NCBI GenBank assembly: GCA_036380735.1
Contig: DASVEE010000045.1
Span: forward strand, 77,424-141,423
Direction of reading: 5' to 3'
DNA from: Thermoanaerobaculia bacterium
Lineage (GTDB): Bacteria; Acidobacteriota; Thermoanaerobaculia; Gp7-AA8
Length of the DNA stretch: 64,000 bases
Below are positions 9,601 to 17,952 of this stretch, piece after piece; position 1 is the first letter of the stretch, and the number at the start of each line of letters is the position of its first letter. A model generated the notes under the pieces. The model was given only the letters and a program-made list of their open reading frames with translations. It had not been told where the DNA came from and searched no databases. The translations under genes were made by a program, and so were the position numbers.

Positions 9601-10023
9601 TGGATCTCCGACTGGATCCGCCGTCCGGACGAAATGATCCCCGGCACGCGCATGCCGACGAACTTCCCCCGCGATCCGCAGACCGGTGGCTTCCAGTCGC
9701 CGCTCGCGCAGGCGATCGACACGCCGCAGTTCGCGTCCTACAAGGCCGCGCTGCTGCCGTACTTCCGCAGCGAGGAAGATCTGCGCAAGACGATGGGCGA
9801 CGCGGTTGCGCTCACGGACTTCATGCGCGACTACATCTGGAGCATCGGCATCCGCGAGATGCGCGCCGCGCGTCGCGATGGAACGCAGTTGCCCGGAACG
9901 ATGACCGATCCACAGCGTCCGCAGGGCACGCCGCCGACCTTACCGCCGGCGACGCAGCCCGGACGGCTCGACGTATCCAAGCCGGTGAGGACAGGGACCA
10001 CCGTCCCGGCCGCTCGGCGATAA
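6640..10023 (+). CDS. Membrane-anchored octaheme c-type cytochrome
   Basis: Eight CxxCH motifs (CQTCH, CTVCH, CLKCH, CHACH, CMGCH, CYSCH, CRGCH, CQQCH). N-terminal TM helix followed by a charged coiled-coil-like region. ATG 6640 chosen because the upstream part of the track ORF is repeat-encoded. Confidence 0.85.
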   Translation: MKPQEPIPHNYSIKRLNLIFALSSLLLLGVTGAIVLYDYVRGWKWFQIEFMRIQHERIQQELQAANDGELRKQLAALDKERREGQVEIAKDRRQYIAAQKDLEAWEGRYYAADQDYRFAKALLDAKRYELETSVHHKKADAKTKQREFDELADRVQRTTLTLQQVTRDRDASKARLDRWLGVINKIEDRRKELTASIELLEKQLASVSATTPNVVLNMPMLDFVNPTLKIDQVVLNDMFIDMNYMSVPRVDRCQTCHRAIDRPGFESKKEATRLIDELSLQLERNQIVGDKRPEAEARIEQLTRIKNAKKEIFNPWRTHPRLDVFVGSASPHPLLDYGCTVCHRGQDRATEFGRAGHVAPNKKMEKRWSKPWPALTASGVLMPWKTLDANRQQRNWDWAANPYLETPMYPRQYYEAGCLKCHAGQMDVEEGSRITKATQMVELYGCHACHKIDNWRFQDLRKPGPSLDGIAEKTTPEWTFRWIANPSHFRSTTRMPSFFYQRNMTDPHAGLSANERAQNTKAQDAEVHAIVTYLFSKSTRRQWSAPGAGDAGRGKQLVESVGCMGCHIAQDSVEENGKARAAKRDDFPLERHYGFNLTGMGTKTHANWIYNWVKNPKAYYANAPMPSLRLTDQEASDITAYLLTLQKPQFMQQPVRPPDARTVRELAKAYLINTMSDRDAERRLNELPLNAQLVYLGQRSIEKYGCYSCHDIKGFEGLKPIGTDLTIEGSKNIHLFDFGLTHDYEAWDGKHEHINHTVPSWIYNKVRSPRVYDDHRNKPYNDKLKMPNFHLTPNEAELITSVVVGLTKERVSANKLAAMDSRDRIVEEGRKLVSQHNCRGCHVVNRQGRAIAPLIADPNFLPPDLSPEGARVQSPWLFNFLKDPTVMQIRPWLAVRMPTFHFDDAEAAQLVSYFAAEGEKPQFDTWSNHEPDPARVAVGRQVFQMLRCQQCHALNPVNPENPPLPDIADTQSLAPNLTLSRIRLRHEWISDWIRRPDEMIPGTRMPTNFPRDPQTGGFQSPLAQAIDTPQFASYKAALLPYFRSEEDLRKTMGDAVALTDFMRDYIWSIGIREMRAARRDGTQLPGTMTDPQRPQGTPPTLPPATQPGRLDVSKPVRTGTTVPAARR

Positions 10024-10043
10024 TCACGACCATGGGAGAAAGA

Positions 10044-10859
10044 ATGTCACTGCGGAAGTACCTCACCATGCTGTTTGCACTCCTGCTCGTCCTCGCCATC
10101 GGCTGCGGGCAGGGGAAGGAAGTCGTCGAGGAGCCGGAAGGGGAGGACGATCAGGTCGAAGCCGCGTCGTCCGAGGGCTCGGGCGAAGGGACTCCGGCGG
10201 CTGCTGCCGCGCCGGTCGTCGCCGACGCCGCCACGATCGGCGGTCTCGTCAAGTTCGAAGGCGCGAAGCCGAACGTCGGCGCGCTCCAGATGGGTGCCGA
10301 TCCCTCCTGCCAGGCGCAGCACTCCGCACCGGTGCCGGATGAGGAAGTCGTCATCGGTCCGGGCGGCGAGCTCGCGAACGTCCTCGTCTACGTCAAGAAC
10401 GTCCAGGGCAACTTCCCGCCGCCGGCGCAGGCCGCGCTGCTCGATCAGAAGGGCTGCCAGTACATCCCGCACGTCAACGCCGTGCAGGTCGGCCAGACCG
10501 TCGACATCCGCAACAGCGACGCGACGCTCCACAACGTCCACGCCATGCCGGAGACCAACCGCCAGTTCAACGAAGGACAGCCGGTGCAGGGCATGGTCTC
10601 CAAGAAGAAGTTCGACAAGGTCGAGATGAAGCCGTTCCGCATCAAGTGCGACGTCCACGGCTGGATGAAGTCGTACATGGCCGTTCTGCCGCACCCGTTC
10701 CACAACGTCTCGCAGATGAACGGTTCGTTCAACATCGCCAACCTGCCGCCGGGCAACTACACGCTCGTCGCGTGGCACGAGAAGTTCGGCCAGCAGGAGC
10801 AGCAGGTGACCGTCGGCCCCAAAGAGCAGAAACAGGTGACGTTCACGTTCAAGGGCTGA
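10044..10859 (+). CDS. Lipoprotein with a C-terminal type-1 copper (cupredoxin, amicyanin-like) site
   Basis: Lipobox LVLAIGC. Candidate ligands are a His in ATLHNVH plus CDVHGWM (C-x2-H-x2-M). GGGAGAA Shine-Dalgarno (SD) sequence before ATG 10044. Confidence 0.6.
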   Translation: MSLRKYLTMLFALLLVLAIGCGQGKEVVEEPEGEDDQVEAASSEGSGEGTPAAAAAPVVADAATIGGLVKFEGAKPNVGALQMGADPSCQAQHSAPVPDEEVVIGPGGELANVLVYVKNVQGNFPPPAQAALLDQKGCQYIPHVNAVQVGQTVDIRNSDATLHNVHAMPETNRQFNEGQPVQGMVSKKKFDKVEMKPFRIKCDVHGWMKSYMAVLPHPFHNVSQMNGSFNIANLPPGNYTLVAWHEKFGQQEQQVTVGPKEQKQVTFTFKG

Positions 10860-10865
10860 CGCCCT

Positions 10866-10946
10866 CGTTGTCCGTTGACCGTTTTCCGTTGTCCGTCTCT
10901 GCACGGGCGGCCGGAACGGAAAACGGACAACGGAAAACGGACAACG
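10866..10946. repeat. Family-A heptamer palindromic repeat
   Basis: cgttgtccgttgaccgttttccgttgtccgt / loop / acggaaaacggacaacggaaaacggacaacg, between the cupredoxin gene and ctaD. Confidence 0.85.
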
Positions 10947-10965
10947 AAGGTTTTCAGGAGGCTCG

Positions 10966-12867
10966 ATGCCGCCGCAACGACAAGTCCGGGTAGGCAACCA
11001 GTGGATGCGCGCGCGTGACGCGCACAAGGCGCTCGAAGAAGCGCTGCGCGTCATGAAAGAGGAAGAGGGGCATGCCTCCGGGCATCACCAGTCCTTCATC
11101 AGCAAATACGTCTTCTCGGTCGACCACAAGTGGATCGGGATCCAGTACGGCTTCACCGCCCTCTGCTTCCTCCTCCTCGGCTTCTCGCTGATGCTGCTCA
11201 TGCGTTGGCAGCTTGCCTATCCGGGCAAGCCGATTCCGTTCATCGGCAACCTCCTCGGCGCGGCCAACGCGCCGGGCGGCATCATGCTCCCCGAGTTCTA
11301 CAACCAGCTCGGCGCGATGCACGGCACGATCATGGTCTTCCTCGCCATCGTGCCGCTTGCCGTCGGCGCGTTCGGCAACTACCTCGTCCCGCTCCAGATC
11401 GGCGCGCCCGACATGGCCTTCCCGAAGCTCAACATGCTGAGCTACTGGATGTACCTGCCGGGCGGCCTGATCATGCTCGCCAGCTTCTTCGTTCCCGGCG
11501 GTGCGGCGAACTCCGGCTGGACGTCGTATCCACCGCTATCGATCATCGCCAGCCACGGACAGACCGTCTGGATCATCGGCATGATCTTCCTGATCACGTC
11601 GTCGCTCCTCGGCTCGGTCAACTTCATCGTCACCATCGTGCAGCTGCGCGCGAAGGGGCTGACGTGGATGCGCCTCCCGTTCTTCGTCTGGGCGCAGCTC
11701 GTCACGTCGTTCCTGCTCCTCCTCGCGTTCCCGCCGCTCGAAGCCGCCGCCGTCATGCAGCTCATGGATCGCGTCGTCGGCACCAGCTTCTTCATGCCCA
11801 GCGGTCTCGTCGTCAGCGGCCAGGCGCTCACCTACGCCGGCGGCGGCAATCCGCTCATGTGGCAGCACCTCTTCTGGTTCCTCGCGCATCCCGAGGTGTA
11901 CGTCCTGATCCTGCCGGGCATGGGGATCATCGCGGAAGTCATCGCCAACAACACCCGCAAGCCGCTCTGGGGCTACAAGTCGCTCGTCTTCGCCTCGGTG
12001 TTCCTCGGCTTCATGTCGTTCGTCGTCTGGGCCCACCACATGTTCCTGACGGGCATGGGGACGATGATCAGCGCCTTCTTCCAGACGACCACGATGATCA
12101 TCTCGATCCCGTCGGTCATCATCCTCACGGCGTTGATCATTTCACTATGGGGCGCGTCGATCCGGTTCACCGTGCCGATGCTCTTCGCGCTGGCGTTCCT
12201 CCCGATGTTCGGCATCGGCGGACTCACCGGCCTCCCGCTCGGCCTCGCCGCGGCGGACATCCACCTCCACGACACCTACTACGTCATCGGCCACTTCCAC
12301 TACGTGGTGGCGCCGGGGACGATCTTCGCCATGTTCGCCGGCATCTACTACTGGTTCCCGAAGATCACTGGGCGGCAGATGAACGAGCGGCTCGGCAAGC
12401 TGCATTTCTGGGGCTCGCTGATTGCCATCAACGGCGTCTTCTTCCCCATGTTCATCCAGGGCCTGGCCGGTGTCTCGCGCCGTCTCTATGACGGCGGCGC
12501 GCAGTACGAGCACGCGAAGCCGGTGCTGCACCTCAACGAGTTCATGTCGATCGCCGCGTGGCTGCTGCTCCTCGCGCAGGTGCCGTTCATCGTCAACTTC
12601 TTCTGGACGATCTTCAAAGGCCAGCGCGTCGGCTCCAACGTCTGGCAGGCCACGACGCTCGAGTGGGCCGCGACGACTTCGCCGCCGCTCGCGCACGGCA
12701 ACTTCCACGTCACGCCGGTCGTCTACCGCGGACCGTACGAATACAGCTCGCCGTCGTACGACGTCGAGGATTACCTGCCGCAGAACTACGACACCGGCGA
12801 GGATCCGGGGCCGACGCATGGCGGCGGCATGCTGCACGGTGAAGCCGTGGCGCAGAAGGAGTCGTGA
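10966..12867 (+). CDS. ctaD: Cytochrome c oxidase subunit I
   Basis: FWFLAHPEVYVLILP, WAHHMFLTG and HDTYYVIGHFHYV motifs. AGGAGG SD sequence 4 nt before ATG 10966 (alternative ATG 11053). Confidence 0.95.
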   Translation: MPPQRQVRVGNQWMRARDAHKALEEALRVMKEEEGHASGHHQSFISKYVFSVDHKWIGIQYGFTALCFLLLGFSLMLLMRWQLAYPGKPIPFIGNLLGAANAPGGIMLPEFYNQLGAMHGTIMVFLAIVPLAVGAFGNYLVPLQIGAPDMAFPKLNMLSYWMYLPGGLIMLASFFVPGGAANSGWTSYPPLSIIASHGQTVWIIGMIFLITSSLLGSVNFIVTIVQLRAKGLTWMRLPFFVWAQLVTSFLLLLAFPPLEAAAVMQLMDRVVGTSFFMPSGLVVSGQALTYAGGGNPLMWQHLFWFLAHPEVYVLILPGMGIIAEVIANNTRKPLWGYKSLVFASVFLGFMSFVVWAHHMFLTGMGTMISAFFQTTTMIISIPSVIILTALIISLWGASIRFTVPMLFALAFLPMFGIGGLTGLPLGLAAADIHLHDTYYVIGHFHYVVAPGTIFAMFAGIYYWFPKITGRQMNERLGKLHFWGSLIAINGVFFPMFIQGLAGVSRRLYDGGAQYEHAKPVLHLNEFMSIAAWLLLLAQVPFIVNFFWTIFKGQRVGSNVWQATTLEWAATTSPPLAHGNFHVTPVVYRGPYEYSSPSYDVEDYLPQNYDTGEDPGPTHGGGMLHGEAVAQKES

Positions 12868-13526
12868 TGACGACGCACGACGTACACGTACCGACGCTTC
12901 ACGCCGCCCACGACGCCGGGCATCACGAGATCGAGATCCCGCATACCGTCCATCCACGGCCGGATACGGGTCTTTACAACGGGAAGCTCGGGATCTGGCT
13001 GTTTCTCGCTTCCGAGGTCATGCTCTTCGGGGCGATGTTCTCGGCGCTGGTGCTGATCCGCACGAGCGCCGCCCCCGGCTCGTGGCCCAAAGCGTGGGAC
13101 ATCCTCAACTGGCCGCTGGCGACGGTGAACACCTTCGTGCTCATCGGCTCGTCCGTCACCGTCGTGCTGGCCTGGGCAAACCTGCGGCTCGGTGATTTGA
13201 AGAAGGGGAAGCTCTACCTCTTCATCACGCTGCTCTGCGGCCTGGCGTTCATGGTCATCAAGAGCTATGAGTACTACGAGAAGTTCCAGCACGGCTACCT
13301 GCCGTCCAAGGGGAACTTCTTCGCGACCTACTTCCTCCTGACCGGCCTCCACGGACTGCACGTCCTCGGCGGGATGGTCGTCTTCGCCTACCTCATCGGA
13401 CCGGGGGCGAAGATGTGGGAGAAAGCGCGCGACCAATACACCAACCGCGTCGAGGTGACGGGCCTGTACTGGCACTTCGTCGACCTCGTGTGGATCTTTC
13501 TTTTCCCGGTTCTGTACCTGCTGTAA
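12864..13526 (+). CDS. ctaE: Cytochrome c oxidase subunit III
   Basis: Typical subunit III helices (LGIWLFLASEVMLFGAMF, TGLHGLHVLGG, YWHFVDLVWIFLF). Overlaps the ctaD stop. Confidence 0.9.
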   Translation: MMTTHDVHVPTLHAAHDAGHHEIEIPHTVHPRPDTGLYNGKLGIWLFLASEVMLFGAMFSALVLIRTSAAPGSWPKAWDILNWPLATVNTFVLIGSSVTVVLAWANLRLGDLKKGKLYLFITLLCGLAFMVIKSYEYYEKFQHGYLPSKGNFFATYFLLTGLHGLHVLGGMVVFAYLIGPGAKMWEKARDQYTNRVEVTGLYWHFVDLVWIFLFPVLYLL

Positions 13527-13532
13527 AGCGAC

Positions 13533-13620
13533 GCGTTGGCCGTTTTCCGTTTCCGTTGTCCGTGCCGCGCTGGTGCACGAGCGGCAGCACGGACAACGGA
13601 AAACGGACAACGGAAAACGC
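13533..13620. repeat. Family-A heptamer palindromic repeat
   Basis: gcgttggccgttttccgtttccgttgtccgtgccgc / loop / gcggcagcacggacaacggaaaacggacaacggaaaacgc, between ctaE and the subunit IV gene. Confidence 0.85.
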
Positions 13621-13639
13621 AACAAGAAACGGAGCGACC

Positions 13640-14074
13640 ATGACCGACCACGCGCATCCCGACGTCGCCGCGCATGACGCCGCGCATGACGCCGCGCACC
13701 ACGGCCACGACAACTCGCCCGAGGCGATCAAGAAAGAAGTGCGCCGCTACATGCTGGTTTTCGGCGCCCTGCTGGTCCTGACGGTCATCACCGTCGCCGT
13801 CAGCCAGTTGCATCTGCCGACCGGGCAGGCCGTCGCGCTGGCGCTCTTCATCGCCGCGATCAAAGGCTCGCTGGTCGCCGGCTTCTTCATGCACCTCATC
13901 TCGGAGCGGAAGTTCGTGCTCTATGTCCTCGTCCTGACGGCCTTCTTCTTCGGCGTGTTGATGTGGGGACCGTGGCACCAGCGCCACAACGCCGCCGAGG
14001 TTTACCCCGGCTACGAGAAGGGCGCCGTCGAGGGAAGCTCGGCTGCACCCGGCGGGGGAGAGGACCACCACTGA
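13640..14074 (+). CDS. Small membrane subunit, bacterial cytochrome oxidase subunit IV-like, His-rich N-terminus
   Basis: KKEVRRYMLVFGALLVLTVITV plus two further helices. Position inside the cta cluster. ATG 13640 chosen because the upstream part of the track ORF is repeat-encoded. Confidence 0.6.
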   Translation: MTDHAHPDVAAHDAAHDAAHHGHDNSPEAIKKEVRRYMLVFGALLVLTVITVAVSQLHLPTGQAVALALFIAAIKGSLVAGFFMHLISERKFVLYVLVLTAFFFGVLMWGPWHQRHNAAEVYPGYEKGAVEGSSAAPGGGEDHH

Positions 14075-14078
14075 CACC

Positions 14079-14279
14079 ATGTCCCTCCGGGTCTTCCATA
14101 TCCTCTTCGTGATCGTCTGCGTCGCCCTGGCGGTTTTCGTCGGCGCGTGGGGGATCGCGCAATACACCCGGGCCGGCAGCACGAGCGGGCTCGCACTTGG
14201 CATCATCTTCCTCGTTTCCGCCGCCGCCCTCGTCGTCTACGGGGTGAAGGTGTTCCGGAAGCTCAAGGAGGTGCCGTGA
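14079..14279 (+). CDS. Small two-helix membrane protein
   Basis: 66 aa with two hydrophobic helices. Its stop overlaps the next in-frame ATG (TGATG). Confidence 0.4.
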   Translation: MSLRVFHILFVIVCVALAVFVGAWGIAQYTRAGSTSGLALGIIFLVSAAALVVYGVKVFRKLKEVP

Positions 14280-14287
14280 TGGACCGT

Positions 14288-14320
14288 GCGTTGTCCATTG
14301 TCCGTTTTCCGTTGTCCGTC
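14288..14320. repeat. Family-A repeat, solo left arm
   Basis: gcgttgtccattgtccgttttccgttgtccgtc with no adjacent right arm. Lies between ATG 14279 and GTG 14321 of the next small ORF. Confidence 0.75.
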
Positions 14321-14560
14321 GTGAGACCCGTCGCTCTCGCGGTGATCGCTGTGCTGCTGATGCCGGTGGTCGCCTGGGCCTGCCCCGTCTGCTATGGTTC
14401 GCCCGACGATCCGCTCGTCAAGGCGACGAATAACGGCATCTGGGTGCTCCTCGGCTTCATCGCCTTCGTGCAGATCGGTTTCGTCGCCCTTTTCATCACC
14501 TTCTGGCGCCGCGCCAAGGCCCAGCAGCGCTTCAAGGAGCAGTTCCACGTCGTCAAATAG
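14321..14560 (+). CDS. Small exported/membrane CxxC protein in the oxidase cluster
   Basis: From GTG 14321 it reads (M)RPVALAVIAVLLMPVVAWA-CPVCYGS, then one TM helix. The alternative ATG 14279 would add a repeat-encoded N-terminus. Confidence 0.4.
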   Translation: MRPVALAVIAVLLMPVVAWACPVCYGSPDDPLVKATNNGIWVLLGFIAFVQIGFVALFITFWRRAKAQQRFKEQFHVVK

Positions 14561-14565
14561 ATAGA

Positions 14566-14627
14566 GTTGTACGGTTCTGTCGTCCGCCGAGCGCAGCACG
14601 GAAAACGGACAACGGAAAACGGACAAC
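14566..14627. repeat. Family-A heptamer palindromic repeat (degenerate left arm)
   Basis: gttgtacggttctgtcgtccg..gcgcagcacggaaaacggacaacggaaaacggacaac, upstream of ctaC. Confidence 0.75.
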
Positions 14628-14645
14628 AGGCAGGGGGGTAGGACA

Positions 14646-15413
14646 ATGAGAGACTTCCTCGCGCAATACATGCCGCCGAACTACTCGGCGCATGGGGACG
14701 AGCTCGACCGGCTGAGTGCGAACGTGCACTGGCTGATGCTCATCCTCTTCATCGGCTGGGGCGCGCTCTTCGTCTTCATGCTCATCCGGTTCAACGCCAA
14801 GCGCCACCCGAAAGCGATCTACCACGGCACCAAGTCGCATCTGTCGACGTATGCCGAGGTCGGCGTTTTCGTCGTGGAGGTCGTCCTGCTGGTCGGCTTC
14901 TCCATTCCCTTGTGGGCGCGCTGGACTCGGACCCCCGAACCGAGTCAGAATCCGCTGGAAATTCGGGTCGTGGGGGAGCAGTTTGCGTGGAACGTCCACT
15001 ACCCCGGTCCGGATAAGATTTTCGGGAAGTCGGACATCAAGCTCGTCTCGTCGGCGAACCCTCTCGGGCTCGACACGAACGACCCCAACGCCAAAGACGA
15101 CATCGTCACACTCAACCAGTTGCATCTCGAGGTGAACCGCGCCACCATCATCCGGCTCACCTCCAAGGACGTCATCCACAGCTTCTCCCTTCCGTACATG
15201 CGCGTGAAACAGGACACGATCCCCGGCATGGATGTGCCGGTCCACTTCCAGCCCACCCGGGTCAAGCCCGCGGGTGAGGTGTGGGAGATTGCCTGCGCGC
15301 AGCTTTGCGGCCTCGGCCACTACCGGATGAAGGGGATGTATTTCGTCCACGACAAAGCGGGCATGGACAAGTTCCTCCGCGAGACCGCCCCGTACGCCAC
15401 CACCTCCGGTTAG
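14646..15413 (+). CDS. ctaC: Cytochrome c oxidase subunit II (CuA, no fused cytochrome c)
   Basis: Two N-terminal TM helices and the CuA site DVIHSF...CAQLCGLGHYRM. Confidence 0.9.
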   Translation: MRDFLAQYMPPNYSAHGDELDRLSANVHWLMLILFIGWGALFVFMLIRFNAKRHPKAIYHGTKSHLSTYAEVGVFVVEVVLLVGFSIPLWARWTRTPEPSQNPLEIRVVGEQFAWNVHYPGPDKIFGKSDIKLVSSANPLGLDTNDPNAKDDIVTLNQLHLEVNRATIIRLTSKDVIHSFSLPYMRVKQDTIPGMDVPVHFQPTRVKPAGEVWEIACAQLCGLGHYRMKGMYFVHDKAGMDKFLRETAPYATTSG

Positions 15414-15426
15414 CCGATCAGTTGCA

Positions 15427-16437
15427 ATGAAGGACACCCTGGAACCCAATCACCTCCGGCTTCGCCACTACACCGAAACCACCCCTGTCTGGCTGCGGCG
15501 GTTCACGAAGTTCGTCGCGGCGTCGACGCTTTTCCTCATCTTCGCCGGCGCGATGGTGACGTCGACCGGCTCGGGTCTCGCGGTGCCGGACTGGCCGACC
15601 ACCTACGGCGAGAACATGTTCACGTTCCCGCTGAGCAAGTGGGTCGGCGGCATCTTCTACGAGCATGGCCACCGCCTGATCGCCTCGATGGTCGGCTTCC
15701 TCACGATCATCCAGGCCCTCTGGCTGCAGCGCCGCGAGCCCAAGCGCTACGTGCGCGTCCTCGGCTGGATCGCGCTCGCCGCCGTCATCGTGCAGGGGCT
15801 CCTCGGCGGACTCACCGTCATCTTCCTTCTGCCGACCGCGATCTCCGTCGCCCACGCCGGGCTGGCCGAGATCTTCTTCTGTCTCAACGTCTCCATCGCC
15901 TTCTTCACCTCGCGCTTCTTCCACCAGCTCCGCGCCATGCCGCGCGGCGACACCCCGGTGACGGGCACGACGGCGCTCCTCGGCATCACTTACGCCCAGA
16001 TCCTCGTCGGAGCGCTGATGCGCCACCTCGGCGCCGGTCTGGCCATCCCTGATTTCCCGCTCGCGTTCGGTCGGATCATCCCCGAGTTCGCCTCGACCGG
16101 GATCATCGTCAACTACGCGCACCGCGTCGGAGCCGCGACCGTGACGGTCGCCATCCTCATCCTGGCGGCACGGCTCCTCCGCTTCGAGCGCAACCATCCG
16201 CTGCGGCTCCTCGCGACGCTGCTCCTCCTCGTCATCCCGGCGCAGATCCTCCTCGGCGGCTACACCGTCTGGAGCGGCAAGCAGCCGGTCATCACCAGCC
16301 TGCACGTCGTGGTCGGCGCGTCGACGCTCGCGCTGACGCTCGTACTCATGCTCTCCGCGCGCACCATCGCCTGGCGCAGTGAGAAAGAGAACGCCGGCCG
16401 CACCATCACTCTGGCGACACCCGAGGCGACGGCATGA
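15427..16437 (+). CDS. ctaA: Heme A synthase (COX15/CtaA)
   Basis: Polytopic protein with conserved His motifs (YEHGHR, VAHAGLA, MRHLGAG, NYAHR). Sits in the cta cluster. Confidence 0.85.
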   Translation: MKDTLEPNHLRLRHYTETTPVWLRRFTKFVAASTLFLIFAGAMVTSTGSGLAVPDWPTTYGENMFTFPLSKWVGGIFYEHGHRLIASMVGFLTIIQALWLQRREPKRYVRVLGWIALAAVIVQGLLGGLTVIFLLPTAISVAHAGLAEIFFCLNVSIAFFTSRFFHQLRAMPRGDTPVTGTTALLGITYAQILVGALMRHLGAGLAIPDFPLAFGRIIPEFASTGIIVNYAHRVGAATVTVAILILAARLLRFERNHPLRLLATLLLLVIPAQILLGGYTVWSGKQPVITSLHVVVGASTLALTLVLMLSARTIAWRSEKENAGRTITLATPEATA

Positions 16438-17345
16438 CGACCATCGCCCTGACGGCAGAGCCGCGCCGCGCCACCGCGCGCGATTACTTCGAGCTCTCCA
16501 AGGGCCGTATCGTGATGATGGTCCTCATCACCACCGCGGCCGGCTTCCTCTTCGCGGCGCAGAACAGCGGCGCGCTGCTGATGGCGCACTCCATCCCCGC
16601 GGTGGCGTTGCTCTTCATGCACACCCTGATCGGCACCGCACTCGTGGCCGCGGGGACGAACGCGCTGAACCAGTACGTCGAGCGCGAGCACGACGCCAAG
16701 ATGCTCCGCACGCGCACCCGGCCGCTCCCCTCGGGGCGCATGTCTCCGCGTGCGGCGCTCCTCTTCTCATCGCTCATCGCCATCGCCGGCACGCTCTACC
16801 TCGGGCTGCTGGTCAACTGGTTGACTGCTTTCCTCGGCGCCTTCACGCTGACCAGCTACATCTTCGTCTACACGCCGCTCAAGCGGATCTCGACCATCTG
16901 CACCGTCATCGGCGCCATCCCCGGCGCGATTCCGCCGCTGATGGGGTGGACGGCCGTGACCGATTCGCTCGACGCCGGCGGCCTCGCCGCGTTCGGCATC
17001 CTCTTCTTCTGGCAGCTCGCGCACTTCATGGCCATCTCCTGGCTCTACCGCCACGACTACGACCTCGGCGGCTATGTCATGCTGGCCGTGCGCGACGAGA
17101 GCGGCACCGCGGTCGCGCGCCACGCCATCTTCTACTCGCTCGCGTTGCTCGCGGTGAGCGTCGCCCCGTTCTTCCTCGGTCTCAGCGGCGTCGTCTACCT
17201 CGCCGGCGCGGTGGTCGGCGGCGCGGCCATGATCGCCCTCTCCGTTCGCTTCTTCTTCGAGCGCAACGCGCGCAACGCCCGTACGCTCTTCATGACGTCC
17301 AACATCTATCTCCTCGCCGTCATGATCCTCCTCGTCGTCGCCTGA
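16434..17345 (+). CDS. ctaB: Protoheme IX farnesyltransferase (heme O synthase)
   Basis: UbiA-family motif NALNQYVEREHDAKMLRTRTRPLPSG. Overlaps the ctaA stop. Confidence 0.9.
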   Translation: MTTIALTAEPRRATARDYFELSKGRIVMMVLITTAAGFLFAAQNSGALLMAHSIPAVALLFMHTLIGTALVAAGTNALNQYVEREHDAKMLRTRTRPLPSGRMSPRAALLFSSLIAIAGTLYLGLLVNWLTAFLGAFTLTSYIFVYTPLKRISTICTVIGAIPGAIPPLMGWTAVTDSLDAGGLAAFGILFFWQLAHFMAISWLYRHDYDLGGYVMLAVRDESGTAVARHAIFYSLALLAVSVAPFFLGLSGVVYLAGAVVGGAAMIALSVRFFFERNARNARTLFMTSNIYLLAVMILLVVA

Positions 17346-17908
17346 TGCACAGACGCCTTTTCCCTCTCCTCGCCGTCCTCGCTGTTGTCGCCTGTCAAAA
17401 GCCGCTCGACCTGCCGAAGCTGTTCCCCGTGCCGGCCGCGCAGCTCGTGAACGAGGAGGGGAAGGGCGTCAACCTCGACGCGATGAAGGGCGGCGTGACC
17501 GTCTACAACTTCATCTTCACCCACTGCACCGGCACCTGCCCGATCATGACGAACAACATGCGCGCCCTGACGCAGAAGGTCGCGAAGGACGCCCCGGTGC
17601 ACTTCGTGTCGATCTCCGTCGACCCCACGCGCGACACGCCGGCAGTGTTGGCGGAGTACGCCAAGCGAGTGCGCAACGACGCCCGCTGGACCTTCCTCAC
17701 CGGCGACCGCAACGCCATCGTCCGCCTCTCCGTCGACGGCTTCAAGCTCTCAGCGGGCGACCCCGTCCCCGGCGGCGAGCCGCTCCTCCACAGCAGCAAG
17801 TTCGCCGTAGCCGACAAAACCGGCACCATCCGCGCCTACTACGACGGCAGCGATGCCCTCAGCATCGACCAGGCGGCGAAAGCGGTTGAGCAACTGCTGG
17901 CAGAGTAG
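17345..17908 (+). CDS. SCO1/SenC copper chaperone
   Basis: Lipoprotein-like LAVVAC. Thioredoxin fold with CTGTCP (CxxxC). ATGA overlap with ctaB. Confidence 0.85.
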   Translation: MHRRLFPLLAVLAVVACQKPLDLPKLFPVPAAQLVNEEGKGVNLDAMKGGVTVYNFIFTHCTGTCPIMTNNMRALTQKVAKDAPVHFVSISVDPTRDTPAVLAEYAKRVRNDARWTFLTGDRNAIVRLSVDGFKLSAGDPVPGGEPLLHSSKFAVADKTGTIRAYYDGSDALSIDQAAKAVEQLLAE

Positions 17909-17910
17909 CG

Positions 17911-17952
17911 GGGACCGATAGGCGCAACGCCTCTGTCCTATTCGTCCCATCC
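17911..17952. repeat. Family-B repeat, short copy with hairpin
   Basis: gggaccgataggcgcaacgcctctgtcctattcgtcccatcc, with internal hairpin AGGCG-caa-CGCCT. Confidence 0.6.
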
